A stretch of 64,000 nucleotides of DNA from Bacteroidales bacterium (GCA_029933225.1 JAOZOO010000002.1:925-64924); one strand, 5' to 3'. Counted from the first letter of the stretch, positions 18,573 to 29,448 are shown. Notes: generated by a model not told the origin, from the sequence alone. Made by a program: numbers and translations.

Positions 18573-20391
18573 CGCTTATTCTTGAGGCCTGCCCTATCGT
18601 TTCGGGACGTATTTTATCTAATTTCTCACGGGCTTCATACGATAAGGATTTCAGACTGAAATAATCAAAGTCAGGCTTTAACGGTATGTTTTCCAGTTTT
18701 GCCAGTTTTTCGGCCATCTCTTTTTCTTTTGAAATATATCCCTCATATTTTACGAGGATTTCGGTTTCTTCCACAATTTCATCATCAAGCTTTTTTTGAT
18801 CAATAAAATTCCTCAATGGTTCGTTTGCTTTTATGAGGTGGTCAATATTTATTTGCGGCCGGAGTAAAACAGTTGAGAGTTTAACTTTATGTTTTAACGG
18901 ATTGGTGTTGTTTTCTTCCAGGATATGATTTATCTCTTCCGGGGAAATACTGTTTTGTTTTAAAAATCTTTCCAGAAGATTTGTTTTTTCCAATTTATTA
19001 TTAACCTGTTCCATTCTTTCCTTACTGGCCAGACCGATTTCAAAAGAGCGTGGCGTCAATCGCAAATCAGCATTGTCCTGTCGCATCAGAATTCTGAATT
19101 CAGCACGTGAAGTAAACATGCGATAAGGTTCATCAATACCTTTTGTAATCAGATCATCAATCAGTACACCGATATATGCTTCCTGGCGTTTCAAAATAAA
19201 TTCAGGTTTTTGATTGATTTTCAGGTGTGCGTTGATACCAGCGATCATTCCTTGTGCAGCAGCTTCTTCATAACCGGTTGTGCCATTGATCTGACCGGCA
19301 AAATAAAGATTTTCGATCTGCTTTGTTTCCAGCGTATATTTCAACTGGGTAGGAGGGAAGTAGTCGTACTCGATAGCATATCCGGGCCGGAAAATTTTAG
19401 CCTTTTCAAATCCGGGAATCTTGCGAAGCGCTTTTAACTGGATATGGTCGGGCAATGATGAAGAAAAGCCGTTTACATAATATTCCACCGTATCCCACCC
19501 TTCCGGTTCAATGAAAAGCTGATGGCTTGTTTTATCTGAAAAGCGTTCGATTTTGTCTTCTATAGAAGGGCAATAACGTGGTCCGATACCCTGTATTCTG
19601 TCGTTGAACATGGGTGATTCATCAAAACCTATTTTCAGCACATCATGAACTACGGGGGAGGTGTAAGTGATCCAGCAACTTTTTTGTTTTGTTAGTTTTG
19701 ATTTTTTCAAATAAGAAAAATTCCCGGGTTTTTCATCTCCTTTTTGTTCTTCCATTTTGGAAAAATCAATTGTCCTGCCGTCAACCCTGACCGGTGTTCC
19801 GGTTTTCAGTCTCGCTGTTTCAAATCCGCGAGAAACCAATTCTTCGGTCAAACCGGTGGAAGCGGGGTCTCCTATTCTGCCCCCGGGAAAGTGTTTTGTA
19901 CCAATATGTATGATCCCATTTAAAAAAGTACCATTGGTCAGAATGACTGTGTCGCCGTATATTTTCAATTGCATGGCCGTCTTAACCCCAATCACACGAT
20001 TTCCGTCAAAGATCAGACCGGTCACCATATCCTGCCAGAAGTCAAGGTTGGGTGTTTTTTCAAGCATCCGTCGCCACTCCAGAGAAAATAACATCCTGTC
20101 GCTTTGTGCACGGGGACTCCACATGGCAGGACCTTTTGACTTGTTCAGCATGCGGAACTGGATCATGGTCTTGTCTGTAACCAATCCGCTGTAACCACCC
20201 ATTGCATCAATTTCACGGATGATTTGTCCCTTGGCTATGCCACCCATTGCCGGATTGCATGACATTTGTGCAATGGTATTCAGGTTCATCGTGATCAATA
20301 AAACCTTTGAACCGAGATTCGCGGCAGCAGCGGCAGCTTCCGAGCCACTGTGTCCGGCACCAACAACTATCACGTCATAATTCTCTAACAT
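18520..20391 (-). CDS. mnmG: tRNA uridine 5-carboxymethylaminomethyl modification enzyme MnmG (GidA)
   Basis: 623 aa. FAD motif [16 protein letters not shown], plus family-wide conserved blocks ([24 protein letters not shown]). Confidence 0.97.
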   Translation of the reverse strand: MLENYDVIVVGAGHSGSEAAAAAANLGSKVLLITMNLNTIAQMSCNPAMGGIAKGQIIREIDAMGGYSGLVTDKTMIQFRMLNKSKGPAMWSPRAQSDRMLFSLEWRRMLEKTPNLDFWQDMVTGLIFDGNRVIGVKTAMQLKIYGDTVILTNGTFLNGIIHIGTKHFPGGRIGDPASTGLTEELVSRGFETARLKTGTPVRVDGRTIDFSKMEEQKGDEKPGNFSYLKKSKLTKQKSCWITYTSPVVHDVLKIGFDESPMFNDRIQGIGPRYCPSIEDKIERFSDKTSHQLFIEPEGWDTVEYYVNGFSSSLPDHIQLKALRKIPGFEKAKIFRPGYAIEYDYFPPTQLKYTLETKQIENLYFAGQINGTTGYEEAAAQGMIAGINAHLKINQKPEFILKRQEAYIGVLIDDLITKGIDEPYRMFTSRAEFRILMRQDNADLRLTPRSFEIGLASKERMEQVNNKLEKTNLLERFLKQNSISPEEINHILEENNTNPLKHKVKLSTVLLRPQINIDHLIKANEPLRNFIDQKKLDDEIVEETEILVKYEGYISKEKEMAEKLAKLENIPLKPDFDYFSLKSLSYEAREKLDKIRPETIGQASRISGVSPADINILAVFIGRI

Positions 20392-20416
20392 GGGACGTAT
20401 GTTTCACGTGAAACAA

Positions 20417-20845
20417 TCAGGAATTTTTTTGGGGGAGCAAAGATAAATAATAATCCTCTTTCTTTCTCATTACTTTTTTCTGTTCGGTCGTTTGATCATC
20501 ATAGCCTGTCAGATGCAAAATGCCATGAACCATAACCCTGGATAATTCATTTAAAAATGAGACGTTCTGTATTTTTCTGTTTTCTTCAACACGATCAACG
20601 CTGATATAAATCTCCCCTGAGATGATTTGCTTGTTATCTGAGTTTGAAAATGTGATTATATCCGTTAACGTATCGTGACCAAGATATTTTTTATTTATTT
20701 GATGGAGGTAACTGTCATCGCAAAAGATGAAATAAATCTCACCTGTCACAAAATTTTCGTTTGAAATGACACTTTTAAGCCACTTCCGTAAATTTTCAAG
20801 ATGTGTATTTGTTAATGAAGCCGGAGTCCCGGAGAAGCTGATCAT
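20417..20845 (-). CDS. ybeY: rRNA maturation endoribonuclease YbeY
   Basis: 142 aa with the metal motif HGILHLTGYDD. ATGA start/stop overlap with the upstream gene. Confidence 0.9.
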   Translation of the reverse strand: MISFSGTPASLTNTHLENLRKWLKSVISNENFVTGEIYFIFCDDSYLHQINKKYLGHDTLTDIITFSNSDNKQIISGEIYISVDRVEENRKIQNVSFLNELSRVMVHGILHLTGYDDQTTEQKKVMRKKEDYYLSLLPQKNS

Positions 20846-21333
20846 ATATTGTTGCCCTGAACTTTGTGTTTTGTTTTGCTCCTGAAGAAGTTCTGAAGTT
20901 TGTTTTTTCGATCTTCAAATACTTCGTTATGCAAGGCGCCCACATCAAAAATAAAGGTAACTACATTGTCGTCTTTTAATACAATTTCGTCAACCAGTTT
21001 CTTTATGATATAAATCTTCTTGTTTTCCTCGTTGTCGAGGACGTTTACCAGATCAATTTTTTTCTTGTCCAGTAACAGGATCAACTCGTCTGACACAGGT
21101 TGGACTGACAGTTTAACTTGCTGATATCCAGGCCTGTAAGTTAGCTTTACACCGATTCCGTCCTGGTAACTTGGAATCAGACTGATGAACTCGGTCAGTG
21201 ACATTAAAATATTCCCGTAATACGTTTCACTGATCTGAAACTGAGAAAAAAGCTCATCAACGAATTGCTCTATCTGAGTAATTGACTTCGGATCAATAGT
21301 TCTACTGAAAAAACCCTTTTTTTTCGTTGCCAT
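20842..21333 (-). CDS. Hypothetical 163-aa cytoplasmic protein
   Basis: The ORF has no recognisable motif. It overlaps the upstream 1127-aa gene by 32 nt and ybeY by 4 nt, so it is likely co-translated in the same operon. Confidence 0.6.
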   Translation of the reverse strand: MATKKKGFFSRTIDPKSITQIEQFVDELFSQFQISETYYGNILMSLTEFISLIPSYQDGIGVKLTYRPGYQQVKLSVQPVSDELILLLDKKKIDLVNVLDNEENKKIYIIKKLVDEIVLKDDNVVTFIFDVGALHNEVFEDRKNKLQNFFRSKTKHKVQGNNI

Positions 21334-24300
21334 GTTCCCCTTTATATTTATACTTATACTTTGATAATAGCTCTTTGTAGTATGGCGACATCTGAATAGG
21401 AACAGCTAAAAAAATCTCTTTTATGTTTCTATTTTCTTGATTTTCCACTTCAAAAATAACATTTTTCTGAAATATCCTAACATTTTTCCCTTCTTTTGAC
21501 TCACGTTTTTTATCTTTCTCCCTTTCAAGAAGGGCTTTTTCAGACTGTAACAGCCTGACTTCTATGCTTTTTTGACGTTCCAGGGTCTCTTGTGAAATTT
21601 TTCTGTTTATTATGTCTTTTTCTGTTTTTTCCATCTCTTTTATCAGTTCATTTAGTGCACTACCGTTTCCCTGATTACTTTTCATCTGGTTAATATATTC
21701 CTGAAGCCTTCTTCGTATTTCACTCTGCATGGCAGCCATCCGAGCCAACTCCTCACTGTTGCCGTTCATCCCGTCTTTTCCTTTCATTCCTTTCTGTTTT
21801 GCTCCCTCACCCATACTTTTATTTAGCTGATTCTGCATTTTGCTGATCTGCTGCAAAGAGGGTTGCTGACCTTTCCCGGGAGTAGGACATTGTTGTCCCG
21901 GCTTGTTTCCTGACATTTGCATGCTCATTTGCATTTTATCGAGAGATTCGGACAACATTAAAGCCAGATTATTAATTGAGGTCATTGCATATTGCTGCTT
22001 GCTTAAAGCATTACCCTTTTTCCTGTCGTGCAACAGGGATGTCGTTTTATTCAGGTTTGTGTTTATTTTTTCCGATTCTTTAACGATAAAAGGTTGGATC
22101 ATTATTTGCCTTTTACTGATTGCAACCAAAGAATCATGGACAATCGAAAAATCTTCCTTCAAAAGGTTTATCTGATCAATATTGCTTGTGTACCGGGGAT
22201 CATTCAGCGAAGTTTCTCTCACATCACCCATGATCTTTTCGAGTTTGAAGCTTAAATCAATCAGGTTGTCAAGCAGCTTCTTGATTTGTTCGGCATCTTC
22301 ACCCATACGCGATTGCATGGCTGATTGCATCATCATATTCAGGTTGTTGGCCATTTGCTTCATTTTCTGGCCTGCCTGCGACTGATTTTGTGATGCCTTT
22401 TTTTGTTTTCCGTTCTCCAGATTTTGTTTGGCATCATCCAACTGTTCATCAATGGAATTCATTTCCGTTGTGTCGGGGCTGAAATCAAATGGTTCTTCAA
22501 GTTCTGAATTCAGCTTTTCTGTTTCCTCTAAACTTTTTTTTATCTGATCAAATTCTTTATTGATTTTATTTTGCTCATCGAGTGATTTGTTTTTTTCAAT
22601 CTCTTTCTGTTTTGTTTTCTTTGCCAGATCTGATTGTTTGTTCGCCAGTGAATCCAGTTTATTGATGGTTTCTTCAACCTTTTTCTGAAACTCCAACTGT
22701 TTATAAAGTTCAAGATTCTGATCCAGGTTAGTTTTTAATTCATTGTTGTTTTTCTTCAAATCCTCGAGTAATTTATTGAGTTGTTTTTTATCAATTTTGT
22801 CGAGCTCTTTTTTCATCTTTTCAAGTTGTTTTTTCAGCTCCTCATTTGTCAGTTTTTTAAACATTTCGTCAAGCTGATTTTCCTGATCTTTCAATTCCTG
22901 GCTTTTTTCTTTATTAACCAGCTCTTCATAATTTTTAATCTGCTCGTTGAGCTGTTCCAGTTTTTCAAGTTCTTTCTGGATGGCCATTTGCTTATCCAGC
23001 AATTCATCCAGTTCCTGCTTGTCTGCCCAGTTTTGGTTTTTCTTATCAATGAGTTCCCTTCGTTTTTCATCGATCTGCTTATTGAGTTCCGTTAACTCAG
23101 CGATGGCCTGTTTTATCTTTTTTTTAACCTGATCAGATTTGTCGGCCAGCATGTCTTCGATTTCGGATTTATCAGGCAGATACAGATACAATACCGGTGT
23201 TCTTGCCTTTTTGAACCCATTTATGGCATCGTTGTCCCTGACTTCAAAAAAGTAGCTCATGCTTTCTCCAGGTTTTAATCCAACCTGTTTTGTTAAAAAA
23301 GTAAAGCTGAAAGACTGTTGCGGCACTTCAAGGTTAATCGGTAAATTCTCAGTTTCCCATTTGTTATTTTCTCCGGTTTCTGTTTTGTGATAGAATTTTA
23401 ATGAATGAAAGCCATAATCATCGCTGATCATTCCCGTGAAATAGAGGTTTCCAAAAAGAGTCTCTTCTTGTGTTTGATTGACGTCAATGACGGGGTATTG
23501 ATCTTTGATCACCTGCACGGAAAAACTTAAAGAATCGGTATTTTTCACAAATTTATTCTCTGCTGACATCGTGTAGTAAAAGTTCTTCAATGCTTTCAGT
23601 GAATATTCAAAGGAATTGTTCGCTCCCGGGTCAAGCGTAATGACCTGATCATCTGTTTTGAAAAGAACATGTCGTGTGTCTTTTGTATAAATTTTCCAGG
23701 CAATTTTACTTCCTTCCGGTACGACAAGATCGCCGGAGTTTTGAATGATGTCCGTTCTTTTTTTAAGGTAAGCAGGATATTCAACCTTCACGTCAAAACT
23801 GAAAATAATCGGCTTCGGGAAAACTTTGATCTTGTATTTTTCGCCGAGGTAATCTTCTGTTTTCAGTTTAAAATAAGTATCTTTATTCAGGTCTTTGAAT
23901 GTGTACTCATACAGCCCCGGTTTAAATTCTTTCATTTTGTATGTATAGCTGCCATCGGTTACCCAAATCTTTGCGGGAATCTCTTCGCCGGTGACTTTTA
24001 CCTTCAATGAAAAATCTTCATGTTGCAATGTTTCCAGTTTTTTATTTAAAACCGAAATGGTGTATGGTAACGGTTTTTCATAATAGGCATTATGATGAAC
24101 GATCCGTTTTGAAGGTTCGGTGATAAAAGCTGGTGTGATGATCAGGATCAGTAAAATGATTATCGCAGTTGGCAAAAAGTAAGGTAAATACCTTTTGTTC
24201 TCCGATAATTTGACCGCCTTTGTAAATGGGACGGGGGTGAGGTCTGCTGATTTCTGATCTATTCCTGCAAGTAACAACTCCAGCTCCTCTTTGTCAGATG

Positions 24301-24685
24301 CTTCGTCTATTTGTTCGTGAAGTTGCAAAACATTCAGTAATCTGTCGCTGACTTCAGGAAAATGTTTTCCGATGAGTTGGGCGGCCTCTTCACGGCTGAT
24401 TGTTTTCCCGATATGGAGAATTTTAAATAATGGAATAAAGACATAATAAATCAATACACCTGTCACAACAGCGATAAAAGAATAGAAAATAACCGTTCTG
24501 ACGAGAACACTACTCCATGAGAAATACTCTATCAGGTTAATAACAAGGAACAAAGCAGCGATTATTGAAAGGCTGATGATCAGTCCTTTCAGCATCTGAT
24601 TTTTGTAATACTTCTTTACAAAATCAGCGATCTTTTTCTGCAATATGTTAAAATCATTCTTCATGGACAACCTTGTCTGATTCAT
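21302..24685 (-). CDS. Giant membrane-anchored coiled-coil protein, probably DUF4175 family
   Basis: 1127 aa. Two N-terminal TM helices are followed by GKHFPEVSDRLLNVLQL, a third TM, a beta-rich ~300-aa block, a ~300-aa K/E/Q/L coiled coil and Met/Gln-rich low-complexity segments (MQMSMQMSGNKPGQQ). The DUF4175 assignment is from memory of that family's N-terminal signature. Confidence 0.7.
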   Translation of the reverse strand: MNQTRLSMKNDFNILQKKIADFVKKYYKNQMLKGLIISLSIIAALFLVINLIEYFSWSSVLVRTVIFYSFIAVVTGVLIYYVFIPLFKILHIGKTISREEAAQLIGKHFPEVSDRLLNVLQLHEQIDEASDKEELELLLAGIDQKSADLTPVPFTKAVKLSENKRYLPYFLPTAIIILLILIITPAFITEPSKRIVHHNAYYEKPLPYTISVLNKKLETLQHEDFSLKVKVTGEEIPAKIWVTDGSYTYKMKEFKPGLYEYTFKDLNKDTYFKLKTEDYLGEKYKIKVFPKPIIFSFDVKVEYPAYLKKRTDIIQNSGDLVVPEGSKIAWKIYTKDTRHVLFKTDDQVITLDPGANNSFEYSLKALKNFYYTMSAENKFVKNTDSLSFSVQVIKDQYPVIDVNQTQEETLFGNLYFTGMISDDYGFHSLKFYHKTETGENNKWETENLPINLEVPQQSFSFTFLTKQVGLKPGESMSYFFEVRDNDAINGFKKARTPVLYLYLPDKSEIEDMLADKSDQVKKKIKQAIAELTELNKQIDEKRRELIDKKNQNWADKQELDELLDKQMAIQKELEKLEQLNEQIKNYEELVNKEKSQELKDQENQLDEMFKKLTNEELKKQLEKMKKELDKIDKKQLNKLLEDLKKNNNELKTNLDQNLELYKQLEFQKKVEETINKLDSLANKQSDLAKKTKQKEIEKNKSLDEQNKINKEFDQIKKSLEETEKLNSELEEPFDFSPDTTEMNSIDEQLDDAKQNLENGKQKKASQNQSQAGQKMKQMANNLNMMMQSAMQSRMGEDAEQIKKLLDNLIDLSFKLEKIMGDVRETSLNDPRYTSNIDQINLLKEDFSIVHDSLVAISKRQIMIQPFIVKESEKINTNLNKTTSLLHDRKKGNALSKQQYAMTSINNLALMLSESLDKMQMSMQMSGNKPGQQCPTPGKGQQPSLQQISKMQNQLNKSMGEGAKQKGMKGKDGMNGNSEELARMAAMQSEIRRRLQEYINQMKSNQGNGSALNELIKEMEKTEKDIINRKISQETLERQKSIEVRLLQSEKALLEREKDKKRESKEGKNVRIFQKNVIFEVENQENRNIKEIFLAVPIQMSPYYKELLSKYKYKYKGEHGNEKKGFFQ

Positions 24686-24714
24686 TCCTGTCTGAACAGT
24701 GAGTCAAATATGTT

Positions 24715-24722
24715 TACTTTTG
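24715..24722 (+). promoter_or_regulatory. Candidate -7 box (TACTTTTG)
   Basis: Exact TAnnTTTG, 36 nt upstream of ATG 24759 and downstream of the ORF-track GTG at 24699. This favours 24759 as the true start. Confidence 0.45.
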
Positions 24723-24758
24723 GCAAAGATATTAATCAATTACCTTAAAATGTATAAT

Positions 24759-26717
24759 ATGAAACGTAGTTTAACATTACTTATTCTTTTACTTATTACA
24801 ACAACCTTTTTTGGCCAGTGGAACACCAATTATAATATTGACGGGAAAGGAATGAATGCTCCATCGCCGTTAAGCCCTCAATACCTTTATGATTGGCAAA
24901 GCCCATACCTTGGTGATTATGATGTAAAATTTTACTGGCTGGACATTAACGTCAGTGATGTTTCAACCTTTGTTTCCGGAAATGTAACCATTAATGCTGA
25001 AAGCAAGGTGGCTCTGGACACTTTTGCTTTTGAACTAATCCCTGTGATGACGATCGATTCTTTTTTCATTGACGGAACAAAATATACTTCATACACATAT
25101 GAGGGAGATGATGCTTTGTTTCCGGTGGATGAAATTGAGGCGGGCACTAATTTTTCCGCCAAGATATATTATCACGGTGATCCTGGTTCCGGTGGTTTCT
25201 TTTCGGGTATTTCTCATGGCTACAGTTCACAATACGGGAAAAATGTTGTCTGGACACTCTCGGAACCCTTTTCTGCAAAAGAATGGTTTCCTGTTAAACA
25301 GGACCTTGAAGACAAAGCCGATTCGGCATGGATATTCCTGACGACCGATTCATCATTAATGGCGGGCTCCGAAGGATTGCTGACAAAGACGGTTAATCTT
25401 GGTAACGGGAAAACCAGGTATGAGTGGAAAACCAAATATCCTATCGATTATTATCTGATCTCTTTTGCTGTTTCCGACTATCAGGTTTATAATATTTACG
25501 CCCATCCCGATGCAATGAACGGCGATTCCATTTTAATCCAGAATCTTATTTATGACGCGCCTAACTGCCTTGAGAATAATAAAGCCGGCATAGATGAAAC
25601 GGCAGAATTTATTGAACTTTACTCCGATTTATTTTCACTTTATCCTTTTTCTGACGAAAAATATGGTCATTGTTTAACCCAGTTGGGGGGAGGTATGGAG
25701 CACCAAACCATGACAACAATCGGGGGATTTTCTTTTCATCTGGTTTCGCACGAACTTGGCCACATGTGGTTTGGCGATAATGTGACCTGTGCCACCTGGA
25801 GCGATATCTGGATAAACGAAGGTTTTGCCACTTATTCCAACTGTCTTGCCGAAGAGTATATCAATGGCTGGGCAAGCGGCAAAGCATTTATTACCAGTGC
25901 TCAGAGTAGCGCGATGTCATCCCCGGGTGGCAGTATTTATATTCCTGAAGATGAGATCTACGAAGGAAATGAATGGCGTATTTTTAATGGTCGGCTATCG
26001 TATGATAAAGGCGCAGTTATTCTTCACATGCTAAGACATGAGATACAGAATGACAGTGTTTTCTTTCAGGTTTTGAAAACTTTCCAGGCGGATTTTACCG
26101 ACAGCACAGCCACCGGTGAAGACTTCAAAAGTGTGGCTGAAGATGTGACCGGAATGGATTTTGAGGATTTCTTTGATCAGTGGTACTATGGAGAAGGTTA
26201 CCCGATTTATGATATTGAGTGGTACAATTTAAGTGGCTCTTTCTTTATGACGGCCACCCAGACTACTTCTTCATCAACACCCTTATTTAAAATGTTGATG
26301 GACTATAAACTTACCTTTGACGATGGTTCTGATACAACCGTTCAGTTTAATCAGACGGATAACGTAAATAACTTCTCGGCTTATTTCGGCAAAAAAGTAA
26401 TCCAGGTTATTGTTGATCCCGAACATTGGACCATGGAGAAAGTTGATAATATTATGGTTGGCGTTGAAGAATCCGAATCTCCTGTATTTTTTACTGTCGG
26501 GCCGAATCCGGTAAAAAATAATTTAAACATTTATTTTGCCAATCTTCCGGTAAATACAAGAACCATCGACGTAACCGATCTGTCGGGAAGAAACCTTGCT
26601 TCTTTTTCTTCATCAGATAATAAAACAACTATTGACTTTTCCCTGTTCAGTAAAGGAATATACATGATCCGGGTAACTGACGGTGACAATACTTTCATCA
26701 GGAAAATCATCAAATAA
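24759..26717 (+). CDS. M1-family zinc aminopeptidase with T9SS C-terminal sorting domain
   Basis: GGGMEHQTM (GxMEN-like), HELGHMWFGD plus WINEGFATY (HExxH-18-E). Signal peptide from MKRSLTLLILLLITTTFFGQ. CTD-like tail VGPNPVKNNLNIYF...GIYMIRVTDGDNTFIRKIIK. Confidence 0.9.
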   Translation: MKRSLTLLILLLITTTFFGQWNTNYNIDGKGMNAPSPLSPQYLYDWQSPYLGDYDVKFYWLDINVSDVSTFVSGNVTINAESKVALDTFAFELIPVMTIDSFFIDGTKYTSYTYEGDDALFPVDEIEAGTNFSAKIYYHGDPGSGGFFSGISHGYSSQYGKNVVWTLSEPFSAKEWFPVKQDLEDKADSAWIFLTTDSSLMAGSEGLLTKTVNLGNGKTRYEWKTKYPIDYYLISFAVSDYQVYNIYAHPDAMNGDSILIQNLIYDAPNCLENNKAGIDETAEFIELYSDLFSLYPFSDEKYGHCLTQLGGGMEHQTMTTIGGFSFHLVSHELGHMWFGDNVTCATWSDIWINEGFATYSNCLAEEYINGWASGKAFITSAQSSAMSSPGGSIYIPEDEIYEGNEWRIFNGRLSYDKGAVILHMLRHEIQNDSVFFQVLKTFQADFTDSTATGEDFKSVAEDVTGMDFEDFFDQWYYGEGYPIYDIEWYNLSGSFFMTATQTTSSSTPLFKMLMDYKLTFDDGSDTTVQFNQTDNVNNFSAYFGKKVIQVIVDPEHWTMEKVDNIMVGVEESESPVFFTVGPNPVKNNLNIYFANLPVNTRTIDVTDLSGRNLASFSSSDNKTTIDFSLFSKGIYMIRVTDGDNTFIRKIIK

Positions 26718-26739
26718 GGTCTTATTGACCATCAGGATA

Positions 26740-26773
26740 AAAAGGCATATATTATATAATGTGTGCCTTTTTT
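26740..26773 (+). terminator. Intrinsic terminator after the aminopeptidase gene
   Basis: AAAAGGCA (26740-26747) pairs with TGCCTTTT (26764-26771) and is followed by a T run. Confidence 0.6.
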
Positions 26774-26867
26774 CTACCTTTGGTCTGAATTTTTTTAACA
26801 CAAAAGCATTTTGACGGATCAAACCCATAAAAATCATTTCTCTTTTTTAAAGTATTTTGATCTCAAG

Positions 26868-27230
26868 ATGGGGATTGTGGGTGGTTTGTTTTTGGGAACA
26901 GTTGTTTTTCTTATCAACTTTGACCATGGCACCGTGAATGCTTTAATTGCAGCATTGAAACAAGCTACTTATACTTTTTTTGCCGGCGGTTTTATGCTCC
27001 GGCTCACCGAAAATGTTGCCGTCAGTATTGACGGTTATTATAAAGCCATCATTACAGCATGCATTGTATCTACCATCGTTGCTGTAACGCTTACGTTCAT
27101 TGTACATTCGTTAAGGGGAACACCTGAACCTTTCCATTCAACTATTCCTACCATGGTATTTTCACCCTGGGGCTTTTTATGGTGGGCTATCCGAAAGAAA
27201 AGAAGACAACTGAAAACTGTCGGGGATTAG
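26868..27230 (+). CDS. Small integral membrane protein (hypothetical)
   Basis: 120 aa from ATG 26868 (the ORF track starts at TTG 26811). It has 3-4 hydrophobic helices and a basic tail RKKRRQLK. No family recognised. Confidence 0.55.
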   Translation: MGIVGGLFLGTVVFLINFDHGTVNALIAALKQATYTFFAGGFMLRLTENVAVSIDGYYKAIITACIVSTIVAVTLTFIVHSLRGTPEPFHSTIPTMVFSPWGFLWWAIRKKRRQLKTVGD

Positions 27231-27238
27231 TATCTTTG
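27231..27238 (+). promoter_or_regulatory. Candidate -7 box (TATCTTTG)
   Basis: Exact TAnnTTTG, 19 nt upstream of the gltX ATG at 27258. Confidence 0.45.
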
Positions 27239-27257
27239 CACCCTCAATTGATTTTTT

Positions 27258-28793
27258 ATGAATACAAGAAAAGTGAGGGTGCGTTTTGCACCCAGCCCGA
27301 CCGGGCCGCTTCATATTGGAGGTGTTCGGACAGCTTTATACAACTTCCTTTTTGCCAGGAAACACGGAGGAAAATTCATTCTTCGTATTGAAGATACTGA
27401 CCAGACCCGTTTTGTTCCGGGTGCAGAAGAATATATAATCGAATCTTTTAAATGGTGCGGTATTCAGTTTGATGAAGGGGTTACGACGGGTGGCCCTTAC
27501 GGCCCTTACCGGCAATCAGAAAGAAAAGCCATGTATCGGAAATACGCTGAAATGCTTCTCGAGTCGGGAAACGCTTACTACGCGTTTGATACTTCCGAAG
27601 AACTTAGTGAACTAAGAAAGCTATTTGAAAAAAAGAAAAAAACTTTCACATACAATGCCTTTGAACGTAAACAGCTCAAAAACTCACTTGCGTTAAGTAA
27701 GCAAGAGGTTGATGAACTTTTTGAAAAAAAAACACCTTATGTGATCCGGTTCAAAATGCCGGAAAATGAAATAATCATAATGAACGATCTCATCAGGGAA
27801 AAAGTGGAAGTGAATACATCCACCCTGGATGATAAAATTCTTTTCAAATCTGACGGCATGCCAACTTATCACCTCGCCAATGTGGTTGACGACCATTTGA
27901 TGGAAATAAGCCATGTGATCCGTGGCGAAGAATGGCTTCCTTCGTTGCCACTTCATGTATTGCTTTATAAAGCTTTTGGCTGGGATACTCCCGAATTTGC
28001 TCATTTGCCATTACTGCTAAAGCCTGACGGAAACGGAAAATTGAGCAAACGTGATGGTGATCGCCTTGGGTTTCCCGTTTTTCCGCTTCAATGGAAAGAC
28101 CCCAAAACCGGAGAAATCTCAACGGGTTATCGCGAAGATGGGTATTTCCCCGAAGCATTTGTGAATATGCTTGCTCTGCTTGGCTGGAATCCCGGTGACG
28201 AAAGGGAACTGTTCATAATGGAAGAACTAATTGAAGCATTCTCCATTGAACGGGTAGGAAAATCGGGCTCCAGGTTCGATCCCGAAAAAGCAAAATGGTT
28301 CAACCATCAATACCTCATCCGGAAATCCGATGAAGAGCTGGCTGATTTATTTTCACCGATCTTAAAAGAAAAAGGAATAGAAACTTCCATAGAAACGATT
28401 ATCAGAATAATTAGTCTTGTCAAGGAACGTGTTGCTTTTGTTCATGAATTATGGGATCAGTCCTATTTCTTTTTTATCCGTCCCGAAGATTACGATCCCA
28501 AAACGGTAAAAAAACGGTGGAAGACTGATTCGTATGAACACATTAGCCGGATAAAAGAACTATTGGCCGATATTGATGATTTTTCTTCAGAAAATATAGA
28601 AAAGATTGTCAAAGCCTGGATTGAGGAAAACGAACTGGGAATGGGCGCTGTAATGAATGCACTCCGGCTGGTTATCGTCGGCGCACTTAAGGGGCCGCAT
28701 TTATTTTCCATTATTGAATTAATCGGCAAGAATGAGACACTGGCCAGAATCGAAAACGGCCTGAAAGTATTGGGTAAAAAAGAGACAGGCTGA
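27258..28793 (+). CDS. gltX: Glutamate--tRNA ligase
   Basis: 511 aa. HIGH-type motif [18 protein letters not shown] and the KMSKS-type motif KLSKRDG. Confidence 0.97.
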   Translation: MNTRKVRVRFAPSPTGPLHIGGVRTALYNFLFARKHGGKFILRIEDTDQTRFVPGAEEYIIESFKWCGIQFDEGVTTGGPYGPYRQSERKAMYRKYAEMLLESGNAYYAFDTSEELSELRKLFEKKKKTFTYNAFERKQLKNSLALSKQEVDELFEKKTPYVIRFKMPENEIIIMNDLIREKVEVNTSTLDDKILFKSDGMPTYHLANVVDDHLMEISHVIRGEEWLPSLPLHVLLYKAFGWDTPEFAHLPLLLKPDGNGKLSKRDGDRLGFPVFPLQWKDPKTGEISTGYREDGYFPEAFVNMLALLGWNPGDERELFIMEELIEAFSIERVGKSGSRFDPEKAKWFNHQYLIRKSDEELADLFSPILKEKGIETSIETIIRIISLVKERVAFVHELWDQSYFFFIRPEDYDPKTVKKRWKTDSYEHISRIKELLADIDDFSSENIEKIVKAWIEENELGMGAVMNALRLVIVGALKGPHLFSIIELIGKNETLARIENGLKVLGKKETG

Positions 28794-28827
28794 CGCAATA
28801 ACTTTTGACCAACTAACAATTAAAAAT

Positions 28828-29181
28828 ATGTCAGTTATTTCAATCGAGGGGATGGAGTTTTTCGCCTACCATGGCTGCTTTAAAGAAGAGCAGGTCATAG
28901 GCACCAAATTCCGGATTGATATTTTTATGAAAACCGATACATCCAAAGCTGAATCCACCGACAGCCTGAACGACACGGTAAATTACCAACTGGTTTATAA
29001 AGTCATTGGTGAAGAAATGAAAACCCGCTCGAAACTGTTGGAAAATGTCGGGCGCAGAATTTTAAACCGTATCATCACAGAATTTCCTTCGGTTGAATAT
29101 GCCAGGATTAAAATCAGAAAACTGAATCCGCCGCTGGGCGGTAAAATCGATTTCGTAGCTATCGAACTTGAAACATCGTAA
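28828..29181 (+). CDS. folB: Dihydroneopterin aldolase
   Basis: 117 aa. The N-terminal IEGMEFFAYHGCFKEEQVIGTKFRIDIFM matches the FolB pattern (l.f.a.HG....E...Gq.f.vd). Confidence 0.85.
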   Translation: MSVISIEGMEFFAYHGCFKEEQVIGTKFRIDIFMKTDTSKAESTDSLNDTVNYQLVYKVIGEEMKTRSKLLENVGRRILNRIITEFPSVEYARIKIRKLNPPLGGKIDFVAIELETS

Positions 29182-29251
29182 AATCTTTGACGTAAAAAAA
29201 GGAGCGGTGTAAAATTCGGCATGATTTTTTCAAACGATCATGTAAATTTTT

Positions 29252-29259
29252 TACCTTTG
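29252..29259 (+). promoter_or_regulatory. Candidate -7 box (TACCTTTG) for tRNA-Cys
   Basis: Exact TAnnTTTG, 18 nt upstream of tRNA position 1. Confidence 0.5.
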
Positions 29260-29277
29260 CACTCCTTATAATAATAA

Positions 29278-29348
29278 GGTACCGTGGCCGAGTGGCTAGG
29301 CGGAGGTCTGCAAAACCTTATACAGCGGTTCGAATCCGCTCGGTACCT
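29278..29348 (+). tRNA. tRNA-Cys (anticodon GCA)
   Basis: Hand-folded 71-nt cloverleaf. Acceptor GGTACCG/CGGTACC, anticodon stem GAGGT/ACCTT with loop CTGCAAA, T arm AGCGG-TTCGAAT-CCGCT, discriminator T. CCA is not encoded. Confidence 0.9.
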
Positions 29349-29356
29349 CAAAAACA

Positions 29357-29392
29357 CCCCTGAAAGCATTGATTTTCAGGGGTTCTTTTTTT
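29357..29392 (+). terminator. Intrinsic terminator after tRNA-Cys
   Basis: CCCCTGAAA (29357-29365) pairs with TTTCAGGGG (29374-29382), followed by TTCTTTTTTT. Confidence 0.7.
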
Positions 29393-29448
29393 AGGAGACG
29401 AAACCGGGGGCCAAATTATGGTAAGAATGCTCATGATTTCACAGCCGG

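Noticed and set aside
22400-23150. Region that looks repetitive at DNA level (possible tandem repeat or array)
   Set aside because: The repetitiveness comes from K/E/Q/L codon bias in the coiled coil of the 1127-aa protein. I could find no fixed period or exact unit. The antisense ORFs at 22781-23132 are rejected for the same reason.
24699-24758. GTG-initiated 20-aa N-terminal extension of the M1 aminopeptidase in the ORF track
   Set aside because: The candidate -7 box (24715-24722) lies inside the extension, and the signal peptide begins at the ATG at 24759.
27179-27391. 70-aa plus-strand ORF bridging the small membrane gene and gltX
   Set aside because: It is out of frame with gltX, whose N-terminal HIGH region is unambiguous, and it spans the gltX promoter.
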